A DNA stretch of 64,000 bases from Felis catus (taxonomy: Eukaryota), in the NCBI RefSeq assembly GCF_018350175.1, contig NC_058382.1, positions 28,706,001 through 28,770,000 on the forward strand, written 5' to 3'. Numbering within the stretch: the first letter of the stretch is position 1; every line of letters begins with the position of its first letter. The notes beneath the pieces were generated by a model, which worked only from the letters and a program-made list of their open reading frames with translations, had not been told where the DNA came from and did not search any database. Positions 52,620-64,000 of the stretch are shown here, in pieces. The translations under genes and the position numbers were made by a program.

Positions 52620-55389
52620 ACACGTACATACACTTACCTGTGGAACCATGTACCTAAGCACATGCGATGCTTTCCTGTGGCCCAACATATACACGTGCAC
52701 ACACGTACATCTAGTGCAACACCATTGCGCACACACTTCTATGCGGCCCAGCGCACACACGTGAATGCATATACTTACATATGCAAAGGCACACACTTCC
52801 ACGTGCCTCGACATACACATGCGTGCATGCTTTGTGTGGTCCAGATACTCCTACGGGGTGGGAATTTCATGGTATCCTCGAGTGATCCTGAATCTCGCCC
52901 AGGCTTCGAAGTGACAAAATATGTTTCTTGGGCCCCAGCCTCGGGGAGAAGGATGAGGATCTGTTCCTCTTTCTCACGTAAGTCACGATCTGCTAATGCC
53001 CCAGAGAGACATTGGCTGATACCCAACATTCTCGGGAGGTAACGGACAATGTTCACTGGTCAGTGTAACATTCCCCAGAGAGTCTTTTGGCTGTGCCCAT
53101 TCCACCCAGGGAGTCCATCAGGGAAGACCTGTCCTGATGTTGCAGGTGCGGTGACAAAGGAGGGTGGCTTTCTGGGGTGTTATGCACAGTGAGTGTCCTT
53201 TGTGCGTGTGCACGGATTGCAGTGGGTGCTCACACATGTGTGCAGGCTATTATGGGATGCCTCAGGAAGGAAGGGCCCCTCTCTCGCACCTGTCCGGGTG
53301 CAATGTGCCCTCTGCTGGCTGGACCAGGCAACAGCGGCAGCCTCCTGCGGAAGTGGGTCTGTTCTGTTACCATAAGCTCAGAGAGGAATGGCGTCTTTCC
53401 CTGGGGGAGGTGGGAGGCCCGGGGTGGTCAGAAGCTTGTGGAATGGACCGGGACTCGCATTTCATTCCATGGACTTTGTGGAGGACTTGTCCGATTGTAG
53501 AGAAGTGATGAATATTCAGGCAGGTGGCGGGAGACTGGGCCAGCAAGGCCATGCCAGCTGACGGGGTGGGGGATGGAGGGGACTCTCCCCCATCCCTCTA
53601 AACCCACTTCAGATGCAAGGACGGAGAAATGGAAGGGGAGAATGGTTGGTACGGAGAGCCATTGAGGGTAGTAATAATGCAAGCTGAGCACTTCCTATAG
53701 ACCCATGTCTGTTCTCAGTGCTTTTCATAGTTAATTTCTGATCCTGACAATGACTCTGTGGGTTGATAGCCTTACTATCCAGGCCCATTCCTCAGAAGTT
53801 GAAACTGAGGCTCAGAGATGCTAAATGAATCCATGCAAACTTACGTAGCATGTTCACGCAGAGCGGCTTACAAACCCAAGACTAAGTGATCCAAAGCCCC
53901 TTTTCTGTCGCCAGAAGAGCACCACCTCCCAGTCTTCCCACCCCTGAAGGCTGGAGCCTTCCCTCCAGCACCTGCCACTGCTGTTTCCTGGTTTTTCCCA
54001 AGGCCGGTGGAAAAGAAACCTTAGCTCAGTCACCAGGCTGGCCAGCTTGGGACCCCACCAGCCGAGAGCGGTCCCTCTACCATTTGGGGAGGGCCAGCCC
54101 AACCTTTCCCAGCACTCTGTCACTTCTGAGAGAAGAGAAGTTGGGAGCCGGCCTCTGCCTACCGTCCTGCGTTCAAGGTTATCCAGATAGCGCTGCGGGC
54201 CTCATTTGCATGGCGGTGCGGTGGGAATGCCCAAGCAGCACCGGCCGGCGGGGCGCGCAGATAAGGTCTGGAGGCCCAAGTTTCGGGGTTGTACTTGTAT
54301 TATCACGGGCTTCCTTAAGCTCGGATGAATATGTAAATCTCTCACCGCCGCCTCCCTGTTCCACAGTAATGGGGGCCCGCCNNNNNNNNNNNNNNNNNNN
54401 NNNNNNNNNNNNNNNNNNNNNNNNNNNNNNNNNNNNNNNNNNNNNNNNNNNNNNNNNNNNNNNNNNNNNNNNNNNNNNNNNNNNNNNNNNNNNNNNNNNN
54501 NNNNNNNNNNNNNNNNNNNNNNNNNNNNNNNNNNNNNNNNNNNNNNNNNNNNNNNNNNNNNNNNNNNNNNNNNNNNNNNNNNNNNNNNNNNNNNNNNNNN
54601 NNNNNNNNNNNNNNNNNCAGCCTGGGACCTCATTAACTCCGGGAGCCTCAGCCCCTCCGCCCCCGGGGACATGGGCTGCCGCCCGTCACCAAGGACCTGT
54701 GTCCCGGCCACAGTTCTGCCTCTTAGTCCCCAGGAGGCTGAACCCCCTCAGGCCTGGGCACCTGTTTTGGGCAAGGGTGCAAAGACATGTGGGCAGGGGT
54801 GAAGACCGATGCCTGGACCTTAGAGACCCAGCATTCTGTTTGTCCTAAACCCCTCTCCCTTGTAGCCAGAATCAGACCCCTTCTTACCATCTGGGATGCC
54901 CCTCCCGGCCATCTCCCACTCTCACTAGGGTCCTGCCATCCTTCTGCCTTCCCGAAGGTTCTCCCAGAAGCACATCTGAGAGAAGGGTTTGAGGGCAAAT
55001 GGTTTCTTTTAGGAAGAGATCGCAGGAAGCAGTGATAGAGAAGGAACGGAAGACCGGACAGGTACATCACGGAGCGGGGGACCTCCGTGGGCTCGGTGGC
55101 TCCGTCCCGCCGGGCACCTGGGGCAATACCGTAGGGCACACTTTGGGATTGTTCTACCCAAAGGTGAGGAAGCCGGAATACTTCATCTTCAGCTTCGTTT
55201 GTCATTGGCTCAGGGCTGCTCCTTGGGTACTGGTCACCTGCTGCTAACTCTGGCTGCAGAAACTCACTGGCAAGAGTCACAGCTGTGGCCATGGGGCCGG
55301 GTGGCCTGGGCTAGAATGGTGAGTGGTGCGGGGAGGCCAGTGTCTCCTAACCCACCTCCCTGTTTCTGCCCTTCCCTCCCCAACCTCCG

Positions 55390-56150
55390 TCTCCCCTCCA
55401 CTCAGCAGCCAGGCCAATCCTTTTGACACATAAGTCAGGTCAGCTCATTCCTCTGCTCAACCCAGGCCTTGGCTCCTCCCATCTCTTTGGAGGGAGCCAG
55501 AACCAACAAGGCCAGGACAACAAGGCCTTGCCCACGTGACCCGCCTCCTGACCTCTCCTCCTGGCCCACAAAGGGCAGCCACAACAGCTTCCTGTTGTTC
55601 TGTGAAGTCACCAGCCACGCTCCTGCCTCAGGGCCTTTGCACTCACTGCCCTCCTTCCCTGGAATGTCCACATCCCCACGCTCTGGGCATGGCTCAGTCC
55701 CTCACTTCTTCAGATCCTTCATCAAATGTCACCTCCTCAGTGAAGCTTTCTCTGCCCAATCTAATTATTATTATGCCTTCTTACCAAGTGCACGAGTAGG
55801 GGAGGGGCAGAGAGAGAGGGAGAGACAGAGAATCCTAAGCAGTTTCTGCACATCAGTGCAGAGCCTGACGTGGGGCTCCGACCCGCGAACCGCGAGATCA
55901 TGACCTGAGCCGAAACCAAGAGTTGGACGTTTTAACCAACTGAGCCTCCGGGGTGCCCCTGATTCTCTCTATAGCTCTGCTCACTCTCTGACGTACGGCT
56001 TACTGATCTTGCTTGTTGCTTGTCTTTCGCTCTGGAATGTACGCTCCGTGAGATCAGGGACTTGTCTGCTCCCTGCTCCATCCCCAGCACTCGGACCCGT
56101 CATTCAGGTGTAGTAGACACACAATAAATCCATACTGAATGAAGGAATGA
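55390..56150 (+). mobile_element. L2 3' remnant interrupted by a partial antisense SINE (55790-55959)
   Basis: cctgcctcagggcctttgcac...tcaaatgtcacctcctcagtgaagc...ctggaatgtacgctccgtgag...aataaatccatactgaatgaagg. Confidence 0.7.
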
Positions 56151-56239
56151 AGGGGGGCCCAGCAGTGGCCGTGTGTGGCTTCCACTGCCCCGGTGGCATA
56201 GCTGGGACCAGTCCAGGTGGGCAGATCGGGCAGAAGACA

Positions 56240-56406
56240 AAACTAGCTTCATGAGTCTGGGGCCTGTTCAGGGCCCCAGGCTCTGCCGGGCTCCACGCCT
56301 GGTCTCATGCTCTGCTGTCGCTGTCCTGGAAGTTTTAATAACCTTAGAAAAATGGAGCCTGCGTTTTCAGTGTGCACCGGGTCCCGTGAACTAGGGAGCC
56401 CACTCC
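56240..56406 (+). mobile_element. MER91A-like hAT-Tip100 fossil
   Basis: gcttcatg...cagggcccc...atgctctgctgtcgctgtcctggaagttttaataa...gttttcagtgtgcaccgggtccc. Confidence 0.65.
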
Positions 56407-56744
56407 ACTGGCAAGTTACCAGAGTTTAATTGATTCTATGGGTGCCAGGCACGGGGGTCTGTGCAGGGACTGTGCTTGGAGTTTTGGGGCGATAACCCGT
56501 CCCCCCTCACCCACCCCGCTGATGGTGCCTTGGCTCTAAGAGGTGTTGGGGAGGACAGAGGGCCCGGCGTTAACTATCCCTGAGTGAAAGAAGCCTGCTA
56601 CGTGGTAAAAATGGAGTTTCCTTATTCTCATTGCATGCACCTCCCACAAGCCCATGTGTTCAGACAGGCACATATGGATAGACCCAGGGATACGCGTTTT
56701 AATATAGATGTATTGTTAAATAATCTACAGTTTTTGGTAGAGTA

Positions 56745-57128
56745 CTTGCAAAGGTGGCCCGGTTCTCCACCCCTCCCTGGATCCAGGGCAACGTGAGTTT
56801 GCAGCCCTTCCTATGACAGAGTGGAGTCTATTCCCCCACCCTTTGAACTTGTGAGTTGCATGCAGTGGAAGCGACCTGCGCGGGTTGGGACTCTCTCTCC
56901 TTCCTGGGTGTCGTCTCCACAGGAGAACGACTGGGACCGGCAGGCTGGAGGGGGAGGGGCCACACGGACCACAGACGCGTCCGTGAGTCCTGCCGGGCCT
57001 GGCTACCATGGGAGAACACCGCCCTTTCGATCTGTAGAATCGTGAACAGTAATAAACGTCTGTTAGATAAGCCTCTGCCTTTTGGGGTAGTTTGTTGTAA
57101 ATCGGTATTGTGACGTGCGTAATCAACA
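56745..57128 (+). mobile_element. MLT1F/G-type MaLR LTR (degenerate)
   Basis: gagtggagtctattcccccaccctttgaa...agaatcgtgaacagtaataaa...ttttggggtagtttgttgt. Confidence 0.6.
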
Positions 57129-57732
57129 CACGACTCGTAATTAACTAGGCAATTGGTTGCACAGGAGCAAACGGCCACGTATTTGCTCGTCCTTCCTGAA
57201 CCATCCCAGACCCCGGGTGGTTGGTGTGAGCAGAGGAAGGGGCCGGAGGAGCAGGGGGAGGCTGGATCTCACCCTGCGCTTGCTCTCCTAAGGGGAAGAG
57301 ACTGGAGTGTCTGCTGCCTGCCCTGGAGCCTGGGGTGTCTGGGCAGAGAGAGATGGGCGGCTTCCTGCCTGAGGGTTTGGAAATTCCTGTTCACCCGGGG
57401 AGGGAGGGGCGGGAGGGTGCGTGGCACTCTGAGGGCGGCAGTGCTGATGGAGGGGCTCCACATGCCCCCCCTTCCCAATTCTAGGAGAGGAAAGACGGGT
57501 TTGGAGAAGCCGGTGACAAGCAGGCAGGAGGAGGCAGGAGAAGAGTGCAGGGCCGAAACCTGGAACAGTTTCACGGGGGGGGGGGGGGGGGGGTGGAGGG
57601 GGGGTTGCGACACGTGACAAGGTCAGAGCGATACCCACAGCCCTGTGCACCTGCTGGTTGGGACTGAGTGAGCCAGCCCTCAAAGGAGTGGCTGCTAGGT
57701 GAGGACTGCTCAGGTCGCCAACCGGGTGGTGG

Positions 57733-57735
57733 ACA

Positions 57736-57773
<38 letters not shown>
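57733..57773. repeat. (CA)n microsatellite
   Basis: ~20 AC units with one interruption. Confidence 0.95.
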
Positions 57774-57777
<4 letters not shown>

Positions 57778-58324
57778 TCACGACGCTTCTCACACCAGCG
57801 TATTTCAGGGAGATCACAAAACAGGCATTTTCCCTTATATGCTGAAGTATAACAATCATATTTGGGAAAGTTAACGCTGATATAACACCATTATCTAATA
57901 GTCCTACGTTCAAGGTTAACCAATTGCCTCAGGAAAGGCCCTTAAAGCACCCCCGCCCCCGACCACTCAACCCGGCACACAAAGATAGTACGGAGCTGAG
58001 AATTAAGGGCTGCATTGCCATGGCCTGTCCCCTTTAATCAGGGACAGTGCCTCAGCCCCCTGCCCTGCCCCCCTTTTGTCCTTTATAACACTGATGCCCT
58101 TCAGGGCAGTTTTGGACAGTGGCCCTCCATTTGGCTTTGAATGTCAGTTTCCCCCTGGTTATGTTTAGGTTTTAAGGTGACACCCTGGCATCATTTAGGA
58201 TTACAGAAAGTATGTCTTGACAACAGAGGTAAGGCTTTTGACCACCAGCCCAAACGTCACCCCTACAGCATGCCCTCCGGCCCCCAGGTCCCCTAGAGGA
58301 TTTCTTCCTTTGATATCATTCAGT

Positions 58325-58590
58325 GGAGAGATGTGATCAAGAGACCAGATTCCAGAGCCAGAGTCCTGGGCTCAAACTCCAGCTCCAACACTTACTCTGT
58401 GACCTTGGGTACGTCATTCAACCTCTCTGGGCCTCACTTTTCTCCAGTTATATATATAACAGGGATAATAGTTCCCACCTCTCAAGGTTGTTTTCTGAAC
58501 TAACAAGCAAATGTATGTAAGGCATTTGGATAGTATGTAATGCATTTGGAATAGAGTTTGTGGCAGTTGCGAACGCAGTTTAGTAAATAT
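58325..58590 (+). mobile_element. MIR
   Basis: gtcctgggctcaaactccagctccaacacttactctgtgaccttggg...ctctctgggcctcacttttctc. Confidence 0.75.
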
Positions 58591-58616
58591 TTTTGGCCCT
58601 CTGCCTTGCAGAAGAC

Positions 58617-58952
58617 TAGTGGAATTGTGTGTCCTGCCTTCTTGAAGGTGGGTGCATGCAATTAGCCGTGGCCAATGAAGTATTTGCAGAAATTATGGGT
58701 GTCACTTCCTGGGCCAGAAAGGACTGCAGGTGTGAGACTCCCCTGAATGCTCTCTCTGGCCCGGGGGCGGTGGGGGGTGCCAACTTTTGCAACTCTGGCT
58801 GCTTCACTTGCTGAGGTCTCCCCCTCCCCCCTCCATGCCCACCTGCCACGAAGAGTAGCATGCTCAGGCAATCAACCTTGGCTGTTTTAAGCCATCGAGA
58901 TTGTGAACTTGTTTGTTATTGCAGCATAACCTGGTTTATCCTGACTCGTGCA
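58617..58952 (+). mobile_element. Old MLT1 (H-K type) LTR
   Basis: tggccaatgaa...gggtgtcacttcctggg...gttttaagccatcgagatt...gtttgttattgcagcataacctgg. Confidence 0.65.
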
Positions 58953-58995
58953 TTGGTATATGAATATTGGACATCATCACCGTCATCGGCGTTCT

Positions 58996-59227
58996 TTTTT
59001 TTTTTTTTTAATTTTTTTTTTAACGTTTATTTATTTTTGAGACAGAGAGAGGCAGAGCATGAACTGGAGAGGGTCAGAGAGAGAGGGAGACACAGAATCG
59101 GAAGCAGGCTCCAGGCTCTGGGCCATCATCAGCCCAGAGCCCGACGCGGGGCTCGAACTCACGGACCGTGAGACCGTGACCTGAGCCGAAGTCGGACGTT
59201 TAACCGACTGAGCCACCCAGGCGCCCC
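58996..59227 (-). mobile_element. CAN SINE
   Basis: TSD ggcgttctt; full body. Confidence 0.92.
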
Positions 59228-61249
59228 TTGGCGTTCTTAATATCATCGTTATTATTTCTTGTGTGCGTCTCCTTCAAAGCCTTTCTATTATGTTGCGACG
59301 ACCTGTTTAGATTCTAGCTCTCTCTCCTCCCCCGACTGTGAGTTTCTTGAGCACGGTCTTCATATCTTTCTACCTCTGGGACCCTAAAATCCCAGCCCAG
59401 GGCCAGTCGCAGACTTGGGGCTCAGCGTTCAACGAGTGATTGTTTAAATGTCACTGGAGAAATCTGAGTTCTACGTAGCCTTCAACAACTCGGCTTTCAT
59501 TTCAGCGTTTTTAATTGCACACACGATATTGTAGCACAGCCATAAAAATAAAAGGCAAAAAAAAAAAGTCATTTTCAGTCCCTCTAAATTTAAGGGCTCA
59601 TCCATGCTTCTCTCGTCTGTCCTCATGAGTGTACGGGTTTTGCAGTGGCATTTTCAGCCAGAGAGCATTTGTGTGCTGTGTTTTCCCCCTCACTTAAAAT
59701 CCTACTGCCTGGGGGACACATTTCCACAGAGTTTACGAGACCTTTATTCTAGAAGTTGCATGCGTTCCATGGCGGGGGACGAACGCATGCAACCCTGTGG
59801 CTACTCAGAAGGGCTTTGATTTTCTTGGGCGGTGAAGGATTTTCCAACACTTTGCTGTTTCGGCCAATGCTGTCGCGACTGTCTTGTCCATGGCGCTGTC
59901 CCCTCTTTCCCGCTCCAGCTCTAGGAAGGAGGCACCTCAAGGTGCTCTCAGATCCCCCAGTTTGAGCATATTATGCTGCCCCCCTCCACCACAATAAGAG
60001 AAACAGAAAATAGAGAGCCGGGGCCTTTAAGCGACACCTGTTGCTAAACAACCAGATAACAACATGAAAATAAGTGCTGCGATTTTTAAACTTTGCCTAG
60101 TCTTTCTTCTCTGATGAGCCATCTCTCCATCTTTTGGGCCCTTCATCAAATCTGTCTTGTGATTTGCTTTTCCTTTTTCCCACTTGGAGCAATGGGGGCC
60201 TCCATGCTGCTTCCTGCCCAGACTAAGGTCACATGGTGCCTTTCAACTTACCCCATTCTCTGCTTTCTTAAACGCCTTCTCTCTCTCCAGCACTAGCAGT
60301 GGGCTCCTTTCCTTGGGACTCTTTGTGATGGAGAAACGCGCTTTTATCTTTTCGGGGCATTATCTTCAGGGTAAATGGCGAGTGTCCTGGGGGTGCCCGC
60401 TGCTCACTCTGCCCCCCCTTTCCTGGTCTGCCTGCTGGGTGACACAGGAGGCCGCTTTGTGACCCATCCAAATGGCAGATCGGCCGCTTCATGGCTCCTC
60501 GCCGGTCACCCCAATGGCAGGTGATGTTGTCTTTAAGCTGGGAGCAGAGAGTGCATCGTAGTGGGGGGCGGGAGGAAAGGCGAGGCCCGCGTGACTGTGA
60601 GTGTTCTGAGCACAGGACCTGTGTCTGTCCTGCTCTCTGCCCCACCCTCAGCACCCAGCTCCTCACCTGGCCTAGAGCAGAGGCTCAAAGACGGATGGTT
60701 GAGCGGATCCCTGAATGATACGAGAAAGCTTCTGGAAAGAGGGGGCGTGTGCACTGTGGTCCGGTCAGGGGGACTCTGTGGCACAGGGCGAGGAGGATGA
60801 AGAGAAAAAGGGATTGTCAGTAGGAGCTTGGTTGAGCCCCCAGTCGAGATGGGTGAGCGTCTTGGTTGCAGTCCCACGTGGGGTTGGAGAGACAGAGGGA
60901 TGGATCATTCATTCATTCACTCATTCACTCAGCACATATCACCGAAGTGGCTAATACGTACTGGGCTTTATCCTAGGCAAACATTCCAGCCCCCGAGAGG
61001 CTGACGTTCTCGTGGGGGACAGACGACAGCTAAGGCAAGAAAAAAGGGCGTGAAGGAAATGAAGCAGGCACCGGCCATGCTCCCACTCATTTGTTTTCTT
61101 CCTTTCATTTTTGACGGTTTAAAAAAAAATTTTACAGACTCCGTTTGCACCGTAAGGAATGCATACGATCCGGAAACGGTACAGGAAAGCCCCCTCACCG
61201 TCCCTGCTCCAGAGTTTAGGTGGCTATCTTTCCAGATCTTTCTCTGGGC

Positions 61250-61470
61250 ATTTATTTATTTATATATTTATTTATTTTTGAGTTTTCATTTAAATTCCAG
61301 TTAGCTAACATCCAGTGTTATATCAGCAACAGGGGTGCAATGCAATGATTCAACACTTCTGTAATCACCCGGTGCTCATCCCGACAAGTGCCCTCCTTAA
61401 TCCCCATCCCCTATTTCCCCCGTCCCCCCCCTTCCCCCCCCCCCGGTAACCACCACCAGTTTGTTCTGTA
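61250..61470 (-). mobile_element. Carnivore L1 3' terminus (5'-truncated)
   Basis: (ATTT)n tail; taaattccagttagctaacatccagtg...cggtgctcatcccgacaagtgccctccttaatcccc. Confidence 0.75.
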
Positions 61471-62257
61471 TTCTCTGCGCATTTATATCCAATCTATACC
61501 TCTATTATCTCTCTCTCATCTGTACACACGTCCCTATTCTTCCCACACAAATGTGATTATGCCATGTGTATTGTTCTGGCTTTTTTTTTTTTTTTTTTTA
61601 AACTCCACAATACTTTGAGGACCTCCTTTCAGGACATACAAACCCACCCCTTTCTTGTGAAATGCCGCAGAGGGTCTCAGAGCAGGGTGTTCGGTAACGG
61701 ATTTAACCACCTCCGCGCCGAGGGCCCTCTAGTGTGTTTTCGGCTTGTCGAGATTGCAGATGGTGAGCGCTGTGGTGAACACATTGGCTGCGTCTTGGTG
61801 GGCATGCGAGAGCGTTTCAGCAGGATGGGTAAGTGGGTCTCACATTTTGATACGTGCTACAAAACTACTCCAAATGACCTGCTCTAATTTCCACCCGGGG
61901 GACCTGTTTGCCCAAACCCTCCCCCAGCCTGGGCCTCTCCATTCCCACTGGGGGGTTCTGCCCGCTCAGCTTTGTTCCTCACAGGACAGCGTCAAGGTGG
62001 GACAGTGCTGCTAACCGGGACTGCTGTGTCCTCAACAGCTCACGTGGGCTTGTAAGTACCTCCCAGAAGGTCAGAGTTGGAAAGGCCCTGTGAGATCATC
62101 CAGTCCGACCTGCTCACTGTTCCGGGATGGGGAAACTGAGTTCCAGTGAGGAGACAGGACTTCCTCTGAATCCACAGGATGTTAAGGGCAGCCTGGGACC
62201 GGAATGCAGATTCATTCTCTTTGCTCAGAGGATCCTCGATTCCTCATAGGGCAAATG

Positions 62258-62490
62258 TAGAGTATAATGATTGAGAGCATGGGCTCCAGATGGAGATGGC
62301 TGGAGTCAAATTCCAGCTGTCGTTTAGAGCTGTGCATCTCAGGGCAAGTTACCGAACTCCTCTGAACCTCAGTATTCTCATCTGTGAAATGGGTCCAACA
62401 GGAGCACCTATCTCAGGGGCTGTTGTGTTGTGCCAAGTTCATACATGCAGATCACATGTTGGGGCAGGGAGATGCACACTGTAGGTTCTA
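62258..62490 (+). mobile_element. MIR
   Basis: gggcaagttaccgaactcctctgaacctcagtattctcatctgtgaaatggg. Confidence 0.75.
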
Positions 62491-62654
62491 TTCATTAATC
62501 TTCCTCCTAGAAGGAAAATTCTGTTCATTCAACATTAATTCCCTTGGTACTTAGCCCATGTCATGTACTATGCTGGGGCACAATCATAAGAAATAGAGAG
62601 ATAGGGAGAAAGATCAGGAAGCGACAAATCCTAGGTTATAAGTATTTGCCTCTT

Positions 62655-63101
62655 GTTTTCTTTCTTTCTTTTCTTTTTTTTTTTAATTTTTTTTAACGTT
62701 TATTTATTTTTGAGACAGAGAGAGACAGAGCATGAATGGGGGAGGGACAGAGAGAGAGGGAGACACAGAATCGGAAGCAGGCTCCAGGCTCTGAGCCGTC
62801 AGCCCAGAGCCTGACGCGGGGCTCGAACTCACGGACCGCGAGATCACGACCTGAGCCGAAGTCGGACGCTTAACCGACTGAGCCACCCAGGCGCCCCCTT
62901 TCTTTTTTTTAAATTCATTTTTATTTATTTTGAGAGAGGAGAGAGTGCAAGTAGTGGAGGGGCAGAGAGAGAATTCTAAGCAGGTTCCGTGCTGTCAGCG
63001 CAGAGCCTGGGGCAGGGCTCAATCCCATGGGCCTTGAGATCATGACCTGAGCCGAAACCAAGAGTCGGACTCTTAACCGACTGAGCCACCCAGGTGTCCC
63101 T
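62655..63101 (-). mobile_element. Two abutting antisense CAN SINEs (62655-62897 younger; 62900-63101 older)
   Basis: Two complete bodies each ending in ccagg(c/t)g(c/t)ccc. Confidence 0.9.
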
Positions 63102-63104
63102 CTG

Positions 63105-64000
63105 TTTGTTTTCTTCAAAGAGTTTTATAGTGTCAGTGTCTTACATTGGGGTCTTTGATCCATTTTGAATTAATTTTTGTACATAGCATGAGGTAAAGGT
63201 CTGTCATTCTTTTGCATGTGGCTATGTAGTTGGCCAGCACCATTTATTGAAAAGACTACTCTTTTCCCACTAGACGGTCTTGGCACCCTTGTTAAAAATC
63301 GGTTGACCATTGGGGCACCTGGGTGGCTCAGTCGGTTGAGCATCCGACTTCAGCTCGGGTCATGATCTCGCAGTTGACGAGTTCGGGCCCTGCGTCGGGC
63401 TCTGTGCTGACAGCTCGGAGCCTGGAGCCTGCTTCGGATTCTGTGTCTCCCTCTCTCTCTGCCTCTCCCCCGCTCATGCTCTGTCTCTCTCTGTCTCAAA
63501 AATAAACATTAAAAAAATTTTTTTTTTTAAATCGGTTGACCATAGATGTGTAGGTTTGTTTCTGGACTCTCCATTCTAGTCCATTGATTTGTATGTCTAT
63601 CTTTGTGCCAATACCACACTATCTGTATTGAAGTTGCTTTGTACTAAGTTTGACATAAGGAAATGTGAGTCCTCCTCCTTTGTTCTTCTTTTTCAAGATT
63701 GTTTTGGTTATACACCTTGGTGTCTTAAAATTCTATATGAATTTTAGAAGCAGTTCATTAATTTCTATAAAGGAGTCATCTGGAATTCTGATGGGGAGTA
63801 CACTGAATCTATAGATGAGTTTGGGGACTATTGCCTTCTTAGCAATGCTATATCTTCCAATCCATGAACATGGGATATTTCCCCAATTATGTAGATTTTT
63901 TTAAAATTTCTTTCAACATGGTTTGTAGTTTTCAATGTGCATGTCTTACACTTCTTTTGTTAAATTTATTCCTATTTTATTCTTTTTAGTGCCATGATTA
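63105..64000 (-). mobile_element. Antisense L1 ORF2 remnant containing a sense SINE at 63312-63527
   Basis: ccagcaccatttattgaaaagact, ctttgtgccaataccacact, ggaaatgtgagtcctcc; SINE TSD aaatcggttgaccat. Confidence 0.85.

Noticed and set aside
53886-54848. Longest ORF (320 aa) and other X-containing ORFs
   Set aside because: Artefacts of translating through N gaps (13682-13909, 18505-18636, 20780-20930, 34543-34954, 48530-48721, 49949-50367, 54382-54617).

Overview
Mammalian (felid) genomic DNA, identified by dense carnivore tRNA-derived SINEs of the SINEC_Fc type; the species cannot be fixed from the sequence. The window holds the 3' half of CYLD (K63/M1 deubiquitinase, tumour suppressor) on the + strand. 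Eleven coding exons (the first cut by the window edge; equivalent to human exons 10-20, residues ~428-956) splice GT-AG into one intact 1590-nt frame ending in TAA at 18322-18324. A ~5.1 kb 3'UTR follows, ending near an ATTAAA at 23441. The remaining ~40 kb is non-coding: SINEs, L1/L2/MIR remnants, MLT1 LTRs, hAT DNA-transposon fossils, microsatellites and several repeat-free, motif-dense blocks that look like enhancers or a CTCF site. There are seven N gaps. I found no convincing novel protein-coding gene or multi-gene system; almost all ORF-track entries are spurious. The best leads are: a tailless 5S rRNA retrocopy inserted into a palindromic target; inverted SINEs bracketing a phase-compatible 336-nt exon pair (candidate stop-free circRNA); a sharp local GC3 jump coinciding with weak-to-strong amino-acid changes; a near-abutting head-to-head SINE hairpin; and candidate regulatory elements downstream. 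Human sequences and repeat consensi were compared from memory, not by alignment.
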